Assembly: GCA_963675595.2 (NCBI GenBank)
Contig: CAXXLZ010000002.1
Location: 1,984,001-2,048,000 of the forward strand
Direction: 5' to 3'
Origin: Thermodesulfobacteriota bacterium
Lineage (GTDB): Bacteria; Desulfobacterota; Desulfarculia; JACQYL01
DNA: 64,000 bases
This document shows, piece after piece, positions 22,459 to 32,419 of the stretch (position 1 is its first letter; each line of letters opens with the position of its first letter). Below the pieces are notes generated by a model. That model worked only from the letters and a program-made list of their open reading frames with translations. It did not search any database and was not told the origin of the DNA. The position numbers were made by a program, and so were the translations under genes.

Positions 22459-24069
22459 ATGTTTGCACGCGTCAAAAAGGTCAAAAGCGGCGGATCCGAG
22501 CATGAATATCTTCAGATCGTGGAGAACTATCGCCAGGATAAGAAGGTAAAACAGAAAGTTATATGTACACTGGGTCGTCTCGACAAGCTCCGTGAATCGG
22601 GTGCCTTGGACGGGGTTCTTACCAGTCTCGCCAAGTTCTCCACCCGGAATCAAGTCATCAATCTTTATAAGGAAGGTAGTGTCAAGGCAGACTGGGCCAA
22701 GTCCTGGGGAACCGTTCTGGTGATCGAGAAACTCTGGAAGACCTTGGGGCTCGATGTGGTACTCCGATCTCTCGCTTCTCGCTCCGATTATCGCTTCGAT
22801 CTGGAGCGCGCGGTCTTTGCCTGTGTCTGCCAACGCTTGGTCCGTCCGGGATCCGATCTCGCCGCGAGCCGTTGGATTCAGAACGTCCACGGTGAAGGCT
22901 TTGACGACCTGGAACTTCAGCACCTCTATCGATCCATGGATTTCCTGGCCGAATATCAGCCCGAAATCGAGAAGGAACTTTTCCGTCGGGGGCGCGACCT
23001 CTTCGATTACGGGGTGGATCTCGTTTTCTTCGACACCACCTCGGTCTACTTCGAGGGCCGGGGGCCTGCCGAGTTGGCTCGGTACGGGTTCTCCAAGGAC
23101 CATCGTCCAGACCGCAAACAGGTGTTGGTGGGTGTGGTCATGTCCCGAAAAGGATATCCCCTTTCCTGTCAGTTCTGGGAAGGGAACACGGCGGACGTCA
23201 CCACCATCAAACGCATCATCGCCCTGGTCAAGCGTCGGTTCTCCCTGAACAACGTGGTCCTGGTCTCGGACCGCGGCATGGTCGGCGTCGACAATCTGGT
23301 GGAACTGGAGCGTGCCGGTATCGACTACATCGTGGGCATCCCCATGCGCCGTTACCAGGATGTCCGAGGCCAAGTGGTGGACACTCCGGGCTACTACCAA
23401 GCGCTCACTCCCACCTTGTGGTTCAAGGAGATTCATCTGAACGGATGCCGTTACGTCCTCTGTTACAACCAAGACCAAGCGGCCAAAGACGAGGCCACCC
23501 GATCGGCCCTTGTGGAAAAACTGAAAACCACCCTGAAAAAACAGGGGCCCCAGTCTCTGGTGGGAAACAAGGGCTTCAGGAAATTCATCAAGCTCGACCG
23601 GGAAACCGTGCGCATCGATCCCGCCAAGGTCAAGGACGACGCCCGCTTCGACGGCAAGTATGTTCTCCTCACCAGTACCGACATTCCCGCCGATGAAGTC
23701 GCGGTCACCTACAAACGCCTGTGGCAGGTGGAAAGAGCCTTCCGGGACCTCAAATCGGCCCTGGAAGTCAGGCCCGTGTTCCACCAACGGTGTCAACGCG
23801 TTCAAGGTCACATCTTCTGCAATTTCCTGGCCCTATACCTGAAGATCGCGCTGCAGAAACAGCTCAAGACCAAAGAAATCGACATCCCCTGGGACCAAGT
23901 TCTCCTGGACCTCGAAGCCTTCAAAGCCATCCATCTACAGGTCACGGAGAAGTCCTACCTCCTCAGAACGGAATTCCAGGGCCGCGCCTACCACATCTTC
24001 CAAGCCGTCGGCCTCAAACCGCCGCCCACTTTGCAGACTCTCCAGGAGCACCAAAACGTAGTGCCATAA
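22459..24069 (+). CDS. IS1634-family DDE transposase
   Basis: N-terminal YLQIVENYR...LGRLD, FFDTTSVYFEG, YGFSKDHRPD, VSDRGM and Y..LWQVERAFRDLK. Confidence 0.93.
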   Translation: MFARVKKVKSGGSEHEYLQIVENYRQDKKVKQKVICTLGRLDKLRESGALDGVLTSLAKFSTRNQVINLYKEGSVKADWAKSWGTVLVIEKLWKTLGLDVVLRSLASRSDYRFDLERAVFACVCQRLVRPGSDLAASRWIQNVHGEGFDDLELQHLYRSMDFLAEYQPEIEKELFRRGRDLFDYGVDLVFFDTTSVYFEGRGPAELARYGFSKDHRPDRKQVLVGVVMSRKGYPLSCQFWEGNTADVTTIKRIIALVKRRFSLNNVVLVSDRGMVGVDNLVELERAGIDYIVGIPMRRYQDVRGQVVDTPGYYQALTPTLWFKEIHLNGCRYVLCYNQDQAAKDEATRSALVEKLKTTLKKQGPQSLVGNKGFRKFIKLDRETVRIDPAKVKDDARFDGKYVLLTSTDIPADEVAVTYKRLWQVERAFRDLKSALEVRPVFHQRCQRVQGHIFCNFLALYLKIALQKQLKTKEIDIPWDQVLLDLEAFKAIHLQVTEKSYLLRTEFQGRAYHIFQAVGLKPPPTLQTLQEHQNVVP

Positions 24070-24135
24070 ACCTTTCTTTTTCGTATAAGCAGCTGAAATT
24101 ACTGCATTAGTTTTTTTGAACTGTCAAAGATCAGT

Positions 24136-24164
24136 TTGAATTGAATCGACAGGTATGCTATCGT
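24136..24164 (+). promoter_or_regulatory. Putative sigma70 promoter of the glcD-like gene, abutting the IS end
   Basis: TTGAAT (24136-24141), 17 bp, TATCGT (24159-24164) with an extended -10 TG at 24156-24157. Confidence 0.5.
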
Positions 24165-24357
24165 GCGTCCCTGCTGTTGTGGGGACGGTTCCTCCTCCTT
24201 TACACGGGTTTCGGATCGTCCCAACGGCCTCATGGGGCGGGCGTTCCTCCGCGGTTGGCCTTGACCTGAAAAGCGGATTCGCAATGAATGTCCGAGTCCT
24301 TTGTGATGCCTTAGGCCCCTGAACCTCAATCTTCTTTGACCCGATATCCGGCCTTTC

Positions 24358-25785
24358 ATGAAAACCGACGTAGAAACCGTTCGCGGACAATTAAAAAAGC
24401 TGCTCGGGCCCTCGCGCTTCTTGTCGCAGCCCGAAGATTTGGCAGCCTACGGATACGACGCCAGCGGGCTCAAGTTTCTCCCTTGGGGAATCGCCTTTCC
24501 GGAGACCACCGAGGAAGTGGCCGCCATTATGTCCCTGGCGAACCGGGAAGAATTTTACGTGATCCCTCGGGGTTCGGGAACGGGCATGTCCGGCGGATCC
24601 TTGCCCATCAAGTCCGGTCTGGTCCTCGTGCTGACCCGGATGAACCGGGTGCTGCGCATCGACGAGGAAAACATGACCGCGGTAGTGCAGCCCGGTGTCA
24701 TCACCGGTCAGTTCCAGAAACAGGTGGAGCGGGTGGGGCTCTTCTATCCGCCCGACCCCGCGAGTCTGAACGTGTGCACTCTGGGCGGCAACGTGGCGGA
24801 AGGCGCCGGCGGACCGAGGGCGGTTAAGTACGGGGTCACCCGGGATTACGTGCTGGGTCTCGAGGCCGTGCTGCCCACGGGTGAAATCATCAAAACCGGC
24901 GTCCAAACCGCCAAAGGCGTGGTGGGATACGACCTCACCCGTCTCCTGGTGGGTTCCGAGGGCACGCTGGCCGTGGTCACGGGGATCACGTTGCGGCTGA
25001 TTCCCCTCCCCCCTCACCGCAAAACCTTGTCCGTGGCGTTTCCCACATTGGAAGACGCGGCCCGCGCCATCCGGGACGTTATGGGGTCGCGCATCGTGCC
25101 CTCGGTGCTCGAGTTTATTGACGACGCCTCCATCCGATGCGTGGAGGGCAAACTCGGACTCGACATCTACCGGGACGCCAAAGCCCTCATCTTCGCGGAA
25201 GTGGACGGCCACGCCCAAGACGTGGAATATCAGTGCGAAAAGATTTCCGAGATCGTCTCTCGACACGGCGCGTTGAAGTTCCTTACGGCCTCGAACAAAG
25301 CCGAAGAAGAAGACATGTGGCGGTTCCGCCGCTCCATTTCCCCGGCGTTGTTCGCCTACGCGCCTCACAAAATCAATGAAGACATCGTGGTTCCTCGGAG
25401 CCGCATTCCCGAGGCGGTCGCTTTCGTCCAAACGCTGCAGCAGGAAGAGGGGCTTTTCATCACCACCTTCGGCCACGCCGGAGACGGCAACATCCATGTG
25501 AATCTCATGCTGGACAAACGGGACCCGGAGCAGGCCCGCAGGGCGCGCATCATCCTGGATCGACTCTTCAGGGAAGTGGTGCGGTTGGGCGGCACCATCT
25601 CCGGAGAACACGGCGTGGGCATCACCAAGTCGCCCTTTGTGGACCTGGAGCTCGGCGAACTGGGCATCAACGTGATGAAGCGTATCAAACAGTCCTTCGA
25701 TCCCAAAGGGATACTGAACCCGGGCAAGATGTTTCCGGAATTGCCTAAGGAACAGGGCATCGACAGGATTTTCAGCGCCGTTTGA
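24358..25785 (+). CDS. glcD: FAD-linked 2-hydroxyacid oxidase/dehydrogenase subunit (GlcD family)
   Basis: PRGSGTGMSGG, YPPDPAS, GGPRAVKYGVT, GHAGDGNIH, GEHGVG and ILNPGK. Confidence 0.85.
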   Translation: MKTDVETVRGQLKKLLGPSRFLSQPEDLAAYGYDASGLKFLPWGIAFPETTEEVAAIMSLANREEFYVIPRGSGTGMSGGSLPIKSGLVLVLTRMNRVLRIDEENMTAVVQPGVITGQFQKQVERVGLFYPPDPASLNVCTLGGNVAEGAGGPRAVKYGVTRDYVLGLEAVLPTGEIIKTGVQTAKGVVGYDLTRLLVGSEGTLAVVTGITLRLIPLPPHRKTLSVAFPTLEDAARAIRDVMGSRIVPSVLEFIDDASIRCVEGKLGLDIYRDAKALIFAEVDGHAQDVEYQCEKISEIVSRHGALKFLTASNKAEEEDMWRFRRSISPALFAYAPHKINEDIVVPRSRIPEAVAFVQTLQQEEGLFITTFGHAGDGNIHVNLMLDKRDPEQARRARIILDRLFREVVRLGGTISGEHGVGITKSPFVDLELGELGINVMKRIKQSFDPKGILNPGKMFPELPKEQGIDRIFSAV

Positions 25786-25923
25786 AGCAGCCGGTTCATT
25801 CCAACCAGAACCGTTCGAGCCGGTTTCCCGCGCACCAACCTCCCGAACGGATGGGAGGGCCGAAGCCGGCCGGCAAATCAGGTTTACTCGACAAACAGGC
25901 CCTACAAAGATTCTAAGGAACCC

Positions 25924-27927
25924 ATGACGCGTAAGCGAACTCAGGCAGACAAAAAGAAAAAAGCGAAAGCCGCTGTTTCGACCTCGAAAGGGCGCTCGGA
26001 TTCCGCGCCCCCTTCGGAGAGGGAACCCACGCCCGTCGAACCTCGGGAATCACACCGGCCCGACGGGGTACAAACCGGTCCCGGCTGGTCGCGCTATGTC
26101 TGGATCGTGCCGATGATTCAGGCATTCCTGCTCTACCTGGGGATCTACGACCACGGAATCGTCCATTGGGACGACGACTTGATGCTGGCTCGGGCGTGGC
26201 AGTCTCCTCTATCCGTCGATGAATTCTTTCGGACCCTGTTTCACGTGCGTGCGTCCTACCAGCCGCTGCGGGAGCTTTCCTACGCCTTCGACGCCAGAGT
26301 CTTCGATCATGACCTATGGGGTTTCCTGCTCCATAACGTGCTGCTTTATTGTCTGAACGTCTGGGTGGTCTTCTTCATTATCCAACGTCTCCTCACTTTC
26401 GATTCGAGCCGGTACGGGGGATCGACCCAAGACGCCGTATCCCCGGGAAACTCCGCGCCGGCCGTCCCGGCACCCCGGCTTTGCGCGTTCCTGGCCACGG
26501 CGTTGTTCGTCGCCCATCCCCTCCATGTGGAATCCGTGGCTTGGTTGGCGGCTCGAAAAGAAGTGCTCAGCGGCCTGTTCTTCTTCCTGGCCTTTTGGCT
26601 GTTTACCGAAACGCATCGAACATCGGGACGCCGCTTCTGGGTAATCTATGCCGGAAGCCTCATCGCCTATATTTTCGCCTTGCTGAGCAAGCCCAGCGCC
26701 GCCTCTCTCCCCCTGCTCATCCTGGCCTACGACGTCGTCCTGATGCGTCCTGACCGCCGAGCATGGAAACGTCGCGCTCTGCTTCACGCGCCTTACTGGA
26801 TTCCCGCCTTGGCCGCGGTACTCTATTTCACTCTGGAAGCCGGAACCACGGAAACGGTTCTGGCGGACCAACCCATCGGGGTGCGCCTCGCGGCCTTGAA
26901 CCTGATCGTCACCCATTATTTCAAGACATTGATTCTTCCCATCCACCTGACGGCCAGGTACGCGTTCGACTGGAAGATCCCGTTCATCTCCGTACCGGTC
27001 CTCACCGGCGTGGCTCTCCAGTTGTTTCTCATCGCCGCGTTCTTTTTCTTCCTCAAGAGGAATCGACTTCTTTCATTTCTGGTGGCCTGGTTCTACATCA
27101 ACCTGCTGCCCACATCCGGCATCATCCCCATTTCCGTGCAGGCCGCCGACCGGTACATGTATATTCCTTCCGTGGCCTTTTGCGTGTTCGTCGTGTGGCT
27201 TGTGTTTCGGTTGAGCGGAAGACTGCTCCGAAAGTCTTCGAAAGTCGCAACCGCCACCGCCGTCGGCACGATCGCGGCCGTGATTCTTGTCTTTTCCTTC
27301 CTCTCCGTGAAGCAGACGGAAATCTGGGAGAACGACCTTACGCTTTGGCGTCATACGGCTCAGTACAATCCCTCGGACCTGTCGTACTATGCCCTGGGGG
27401 AAGCGTACCGAAGAAGGGGAGACAACTCCGACGCAGAACACTTCTATCAACTCTCCGCCCAGGCCAACCCGTCTTTTGTCAGGGCGTGGAACGGTTTGGG
27501 AAACATGCTTCTTCTGAGAAAGGACGTGCGGGGAGCGGAAGCGGCCTACCTTAAAGCCCTGGAGGCGGACCCGAATTACGACCACGCCCACAGGCACCTG
27601 GCCATTGTCTACGTGTCCCTAAAGGACTACGATCGAGCCCTGTACCACGCCGAAAAGGCCTATGAACTCAGCGGCAAACCGGACCCGGTTCTCACGGACA
27701 TGCTCTGTCGCCTGTATATGAAGGCCAATGAATGGGAGAAGCTCGAACAAACGGCAAAATACCTCATGACGCATTCCGATGACAGGGCTACGGCGCTGAT
27801 TTATCTTTTCCGTGCCTACCAGGGCATGGGTGAACTCGCGCTCGCGCGCGAATCCCGTAGTGAGGCGTACCGAGCGAATCCGGAGAAAGCCCGGCAGGCC
27901 GAGCGAACCACCATTTTCCGAGAATAA
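25924..27927 (+). CDS. Multi-TM GT-C-type protein with C-terminal TPRs (TMTC-like)
   Basis: WDD loop, YQPL, HPLHVESVAW, LLSK and ADRYMYIPS; about 11 hydrophobic segments followed by TPR repeats. Confidence 0.82.
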   Translation: MTRKRTQADKKKKAKAAVSTSKGRSDSAPPSEREPTPVEPRESHRPDGVQTGPGWSRYVWIVPMIQAFLLYLGIYDHGIVHWDDDLMLARAWQSPLSVDEFFRTLFHVRASYQPLRELSYAFDARVFDHDLWGFLLHNVLLYCLNVWVVFFIIQRLLTFDSSRYGGSTQDAVSPGNSAPAVPAPRLCAFLATALFVAHPLHVESVAWLAARKEVLSGLFFFLAFWLFTETHRTSGRRFWVIYAGSLIAYIFALLSKPSAASLPLLILAYDVVLMRPDRRAWKRRALLHAPYWIPALAAVLYFTLEAGTTETVLADQPIGVRLAALNLIVTHYFKTLILPIHLTARYAFDWKIPFISVPVLTGVALQLFLIAAFFFFLKRNRLLSFLVAWFYINLLPTSGIIPISVQAADRYMYIPSVAFCVFVVWLVFRLSGRLLRKSSKVATATAVGTIAAVILVFSFLSVKQTEIWENDLTLWRHTAQYNPSDLSYYALGEAYRRRGDNSDAEHFYQLSAQANPSFVRAWNGLGNMLLLRKDVRGAEAAYLKALEADPNYDHAHRHLAIVYVSLKDYDRALYHAEKAYELSGKPDPVLTDMLCRLYMKANEWEKLEQTAKYLMTHSDDRATALIYLFRAYQGMGELALARESRSEAYRANPEKARQAERTTIFRE

Positions 27928-28013
27928 TCACCCACCCGGGGGAATCCGCTCACACGGTCCGCCGCGCGGTAAGGATCGTCCGACACCGGACCCCGGAACA
28001 AGCAGGAGAAGCC

Positions 28014-29420
28014 ATGACGGACAGCCCGTTCAAACAAACACGATTTCAATGCGTCTCGCCTCTGGATTATCGTTATTACGGCGGGGACGAACGCATTTTT
28101 CAGCAATTGTCCCCCTACCTGTCCGAGGAGGCCAACATACGGTACATTTACCGCGTCGAGTGGGCTCTGGCTCGAGCACTGGTGCGCAGAGGGCTGGCTC
28201 CTGAAAGCCTTCCGTCGGCCGTGGAAAAAGCCATGGGCGGCATCGACCCCGCCGAGGTGTATCAGGAAGATCAGAGGGTGCACCACTATCTCAAAGCCGC
28301 GGTGAACGTCCTCAAGGCACACGTTCCGGAATCGGCCCGGGAATACATCCACCTGGGCGCCACTTCCTTCGACGTGGTGGATTCGGCCAACGCGGCCCGG
28401 ATCCGGGAATGCTTCGAAAAGGTCTTCAGGCCGGCGACTCTCGACCTGGAACGCGCGTTGATTCAATTGGCCCGCAAGGAGCGGGACACGGTGCAGGTGG
28501 GTCGCACTCACGGACGTTACGCTTCTCCGGTGACTTTCGGATATTTCATCGCGGGATATGTGGACCGGTTCGGTTCCGGCATCCTGCACATGACCGAATC
28601 GGCCCGGGCCATTGTGGGCAAGTTTTCCGGAGCCGTGGGTTCCTACAATGCGCTGTCCTTGCTGGTCCCCGATCCCGTGGAGCTCGAACGGGAAGTGCTG
28701 GCGGATCTGGGAATGGAACCGGCCATGCACTCCACGCAGATCGTGCAGCCCGAATACATGGCCCGTTTCGCATGCGACGTGGTGATCTCCTTCGGCGTTA
28801 TGGCCAATCTCGCCGATGACCTGAGACACCTGCACCGATCGGAAATCGACGAAGTGGGCGAACCTTTCGGAGAAGCGCAAGTCGGTTCCTCCACCATGCC
28901 TCACAAGCGGAACCCCTGGAATCTCGAACACATCAAGAGCCAGTACAAGGCGTTCATGCCTCGCTTATCCACGGTGCTCCTCGATCAGATTTCCGAGCAC
29001 CAGCGTGACCTGACCAACAGCGCCTCGGGAAGATACCTGCCTGAAATCCTGGTGGGTTATTTCGACGCGCTCAAACGTCTCACCTGGATCATCGAGGGGC
29101 TTCACGTCAACTACGAAGCCATTGCGCGGAATTTCCAGAACGCGGCCCCGGAGATCAGTTCGGAACCCCTCTACATCTCCCTTTCCATGGCCGGCCTGGA
29201 CAATGCCCACGAATGGGTTCGAAAAGCGAGTCATGCGCGTACCGGCGGCCAGACCGTGTACGAGGTTCTGACCAAGGAAACGTCCGTACAGCCTTTCCTG
29301 GAAAAAGCGCCGGAACACGCGGTGGCGGCGGCCCGGGATCCACGCAACTATACGGGCCGTGCAAAGACCCGCGTGGACGCCATCTGCGACACATGGGAAC
29401 AACGGCTTTTCAAAGATTGA
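28014..29420 (+). CDS. purB: Adenylosuccinate lyase (fumarase/aspartase superfamily)
   Basis: SPLDYRY, IHLGATSFD, GRTHG and GSSTMPHKRNP signature. Confidence 0.85.
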   Translation: MTDSPFKQTRFQCVSPLDYRYYGGDERIFQQLSPYLSEEANIRYIYRVEWALARALVRRGLAPESLPSAVEKAMGGIDPAEVYQEDQRVHHYLKAAVNVLKAHVPESAREYIHLGATSFDVVDSANAARIRECFEKVFRPATLDLERALIQLARKERDTVQVGRTHGRYASPVTFGYFIAGYVDRFGSGILHMTESARAIVGKFSGAVGSYNALSLLVPDPVELEREVLADLGMEPAMHSTQIVQPEYMARFACDVVISFGVMANLADDLRHLHRSEIDEVGEPFGEAQVGSSTMPHKRNPWNLEHIKSQYKAFMPRLSTVLLDQISEHQRDLTNSASGRYLPEILVGYFDALKRLTWIIEGLHVNYEAIARNFQNAAPEISSEPLYISLSMAGLDNAHEWVRKASHARTGGQTVYEVLTKETSVQPFLEKAPEHAVAAARDPRNYTGRAKTRVDAICDTWEQRLFKD

Positions 29421-29863
29421 GTGAGGGGGCGACTCCGGACAGAGGGAGCCGTACCCGGCCTTCTTCCACAAGTCTTCACATGGGAAGGCTTTCCCGAAGG
29501 TCTTCCCACGCTCCCTGATTCCAGGTACTTCAAACGGCACTTTCCGCCTTTCCGCTTACGGCGGACGGCACTCGAACGGCGGAGGCGCGGCGGAGACAGA
29601 TATTGAGGCCGGGAAGATCCGTACCCGTCGGCGATCAGTCCCCCCTCCGCCGCGGCTCGCCATGAGGCGCCGGCGTCTCCGTTCCTATTCCCGCCATGCC
29701 TCTTCCCACGACCCGATTCATGATTATGGTAGAAATCAACCATGGCACGTGGAGGGGTTATTTGTGATTCGTCGAAGCGAGAGAAAGGCCTTGGACGGAA
29801 GGCCGGCCCGACGTTTTCCCCACCATCCGTCCGAACATAGTAATCCGTCCATTGGAGGTTCTT

Positions 29864-30274
29864 TTGAAATCCCTATGTAAACTCGTTCCCCGAGAAGGCA
29901 GCGCCCTGGCCCTGGTTATACAATCCGCCGACGCCGGAAACGAATCCGAGATTCCGCTTACCTCCTCTCATGCTTCTTTCGACTCCCTGGCCGAAGAACT
30001 GGGTCAAATCAAAAAGGAACTCGATCGTCTGCTCTCCGAGGCCGAGCAGTGGTTCTCGTCCCGAGACGCCGCGAAAAACGCTTCACCGGAAGAAATATGG
30101 GCATCGTTGTCCTCCTGCACCGGCGAGGAGGAATTGATCGAAAGCTTCAACGCCCTACCGGAAACCCAACGCGCCGCAGTGGCCGATTATGTGCTCGCAA
30201 CCCAGAATGTGTTCAAAGGATTCGCGGCTCTCTTCACCATGCGATACGACGACTCGAACCAACTATTGGTATAA
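29864..30274 (+). CDS. Hypothetical protein
   Basis: About 136-aa ORF; in-frame TTG at 29864 follows a GGAGG RBS; helical composition. Confidence 0.65.
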   Translation: MKSLCKLVPREGSALALVIQSADAGNESEIPLTSSHASFDSLAEELGQIKKELDRLLSEAEQWFSSRDAAKNASPEEIWASLSSCTGEEELIESFNALPETQRAAVADYVLATQNVFKGFAALFTMRYDDSNQLLV

Positions 30275-30478
30275 TCTCCTTTTAGGAAGGCCTCCATCTC
30301 CCCCGGCCTTGGCGGACTCTTCGCAAACGTGCGCCAAGGCGGGTGGATCCCCACAGACAACTTCCTTGGTTCCGCACTCCCGCGGTCCATGCCCATGTTT
30401 TGTCAGACAGGCTGAAATATGATACATTCCCGCCTTGAATCTCCGACCGTCGGCACCCCAACTGAAGGAGTTCAAAAC

Positions 30479-31570
30479 ATGACCCCATTGCTTAGACGAT
30501 CTTCGGGCTTGCTCGCCATCTGGCTGTGCTTCCTCCTACTGAGCCCCATTTGCGCTCAGGCGGCATCGAAAATTCAGACCACTCACGGCCGCTTCGAGAG
30601 TTTGGACGCCAACCGATGGACCCGAAAAGGATACATGTACGTCGTTTTGTTCGATTCCAACCGTAAAACCAAATTCACCGTGGGTTTCAAGACGGATTAC
30701 GAGCCCACCAGCCCCAACCCCGGCGATATCGTTCGGGTCGACTATTTTGTCAAGTCGGGACAGATGGTGGCGAGAAAGGTCGTGGTGGACAACAGCTACG
30801 CGCCTCCGCCCCCAGGGGCCGTTTCAGTTCCGTCTTCTTCACCGTCCACGTCGAGCGTGTATACGCCTCCGAGAACCAACACGGGTTTCGTCGGCGAAGC
30901 GGAACGGCCCATGAACGGCGTGGCGGAAGTCACCGGGTCCGCCTGCAACCTGAGGTCCGGTCCCGGTGAGCATTACGGCGTCGTCCGTGTAGTCTATCGC
31001 GGCACGGAGCTTCAGCTGCAGGGAGCCACCGGTGACTGGTACTTGGCGGCCTTGCCCGATCAACAAGCCGGATGGATTCACGGTTCTCTGATCAACATCG
31101 GCACCACGGCCTCGGTATCCACGCAGAGCTCCGGCATCCAACCCGTTCCGGCGGAAGATCAGGTGACCGTCGGCGTTCTCGAGTTCCAGAGCCTCAACGA
31201 GGAAGCACGCAAAGACCAGCTGGGTAAGATGATTTCGGAGATTTTCACCACTTCCCTGGTGAACTCCAGGGCTTTCAAGATTATCGAGCGGGAACAACTG
31301 AACAAAGTGGTCAAAGAGCTGGAACTCAAACAAAGCGGCATGGTCGAGACCGCCGCCGAAGCCGGTAAGCTTCTGGGCGCCGACGCGGTGATTACCGGCA
31401 GTGTCATGAAGATCGGGAACATCCTTAGAATCGACGCGCGAATCATCGATGCGAAAACGGCCCTGGTGACCAGCGCGGAAACAAATACAGGCGGGTACGA
31501 TCTGGTGGAAATCGGGGGCATGGCCGACAAGATCGTGAGAAATCTCGTAAGACAGTACTACTTTGAATAA
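30479..31570 (+). CDS. Exported protein with bacterial SH3 domain and C-terminal CsgG/FlgO-like domain
   Basis: Signal peptide, Pro/Ser linker, NLRSGPG...GDWY...GWIH (SH3b), then FKIIEREQL...GKLLGADAVITGSV...DARII. AAGGAG RBS. Confidence 0.8.
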   Translation: MTPLLRRSSGLLAIWLCFLLLSPICAQAASKIQTTHGRFESLDANRWTRKGYMYVVLFDSNRKTKFTVGFKTDYEPTSPNPGDIVRVDYFVKSGQMVARKVVVDNSYAPPPPGAVSVPSSSPSTSSVYTPPRTNTGFVGEAERPMNGVAEVTGSACNLRSGPGEHYGVVRVVYRGTELQLQGATGDWYLAALPDQQAGWIHGSLINIGTTASVSTQSSGIQPVPAEDQVTVGVLEFQSLNEEARKDQLGKMISEIFTTSLVNSRAFKIIEREQLNKVVKELELKQSGMVETAAEAGKLLGADAVITGSVMKIGNILRIDARIIDAKTALVTSAETNTGGYDLVEIGGMADKIVRNLVRQYYFE

Positions 31571-31648
31571 GGCTTTGGAACCGGCTCCAATGGGCGCTTC
31601 TGCGTCAAATCAGGATCGTCCGTCACGAAGAAGAATTTCGGCCCTTAG

Positions 31649-32419
31649 CTACATCCGCTTGAACAGATGCAGGTAGCGGTTGCTGACGGTCAGGGTTTCT
31701 TTGCAGTTTTTGAGTCTTAGAACACCCTTGCCGGTGAGGGAACGGCTCATGCGGTCGATGAACCGCACGTTGACTACCGCTCCCCGATGCACTTGCCAGA
31801 AGCGGTTGGGGTCGAGTTCCGCGGCCAGCTCTTTCACCGGCTTTCGGATCAGACTCTCCCCCTCTTTGGTGACGAGCACCGTGTACTTGTCGAGAGCTTT
31901 GAAGTACACGACCTCGTCCACAGGCACAAGCCGGACGCCGTCTCCGTGAGGGACTCGAAGATACTCGAGATACCTCGGCTCGTTGGCTCCGGGGAGACTC
32001 CGGATGAGGCGCAACAGTTTTTCCGTCTGAAGTTCCGGCTCCCCGTCTCCTTCCCGTGAAATTTCCTCCTGAACCCGCAGAATCGTCTTACGCAACCGTT
32101 CAGGGCTCACCGGTTTCAGCAGATAATCCACCGCCTCCTTTTCAAAGGCCTCCACCGCGTATTCGTCATAGGCCGTCACAAAAACGATTCTGCAGCCGGG
32201 GCCGATGCGCCCGGCCACTTCCATGCCGCTGAGGCCGGGCATTCTGATGTCCAGGAAGACCACGTCGGGTCGATACGCCTCTATGAGGTCCAGTGCCGCC
32301 TGACCGTGTTCCGCCTCCCCACAGATATCCAACTCGGGCCAAAGCTCGGAAAGGCGCTCCCTCAGGAACCGTCTCAAAGGTTGTTCGTCATCCGCGATGA
32401 CCGCTTTGGCTCGTATCAT
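31649..32419 (-). CDS. LytTR-family response regulator
   Basis: IADDE, FLDIRMPG, VTAYDEYAVEAF and FWQVHRG. Confidence 0.93.
   Translation of the reverse strand: MIRAKAVIADDEQPLRRFLRERLSELWPELDICGEAEHGQAALDLIEAYRPDVVFLDIRMPGLSGMEVAGRIGPGCRIVFVTAYDEYAVEAFEKEAVDYLLKPVSPERLRKTILRVQEEISREGDGEPELQTEKLLRLIRSLPGANEPRYLEYLRVPHGDGVRLVPVDEVVYFKALDKYTVLVTKEGESLIRKPVKELAAELDPNRFWQVHRGAVVNVRFIDRMSRSLTGKGVLRLKNCKETLTVSNRYLHLFKRM

Larger units (their letters stand above)
22304..24134 (+). mobile_element. Intact IS1634-family insertion sequence (1831 bp)
   Basis: Left TIR CTCATCTTTGACAGTT (22304-22319) and right TIR AACTGTCAAAGATCAG (24119-24134) match 15/16. Flanked by direct repeat TTTGA (22299-22303 and 24135-24139); one transposase ORF. 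Confidence 0.92.
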
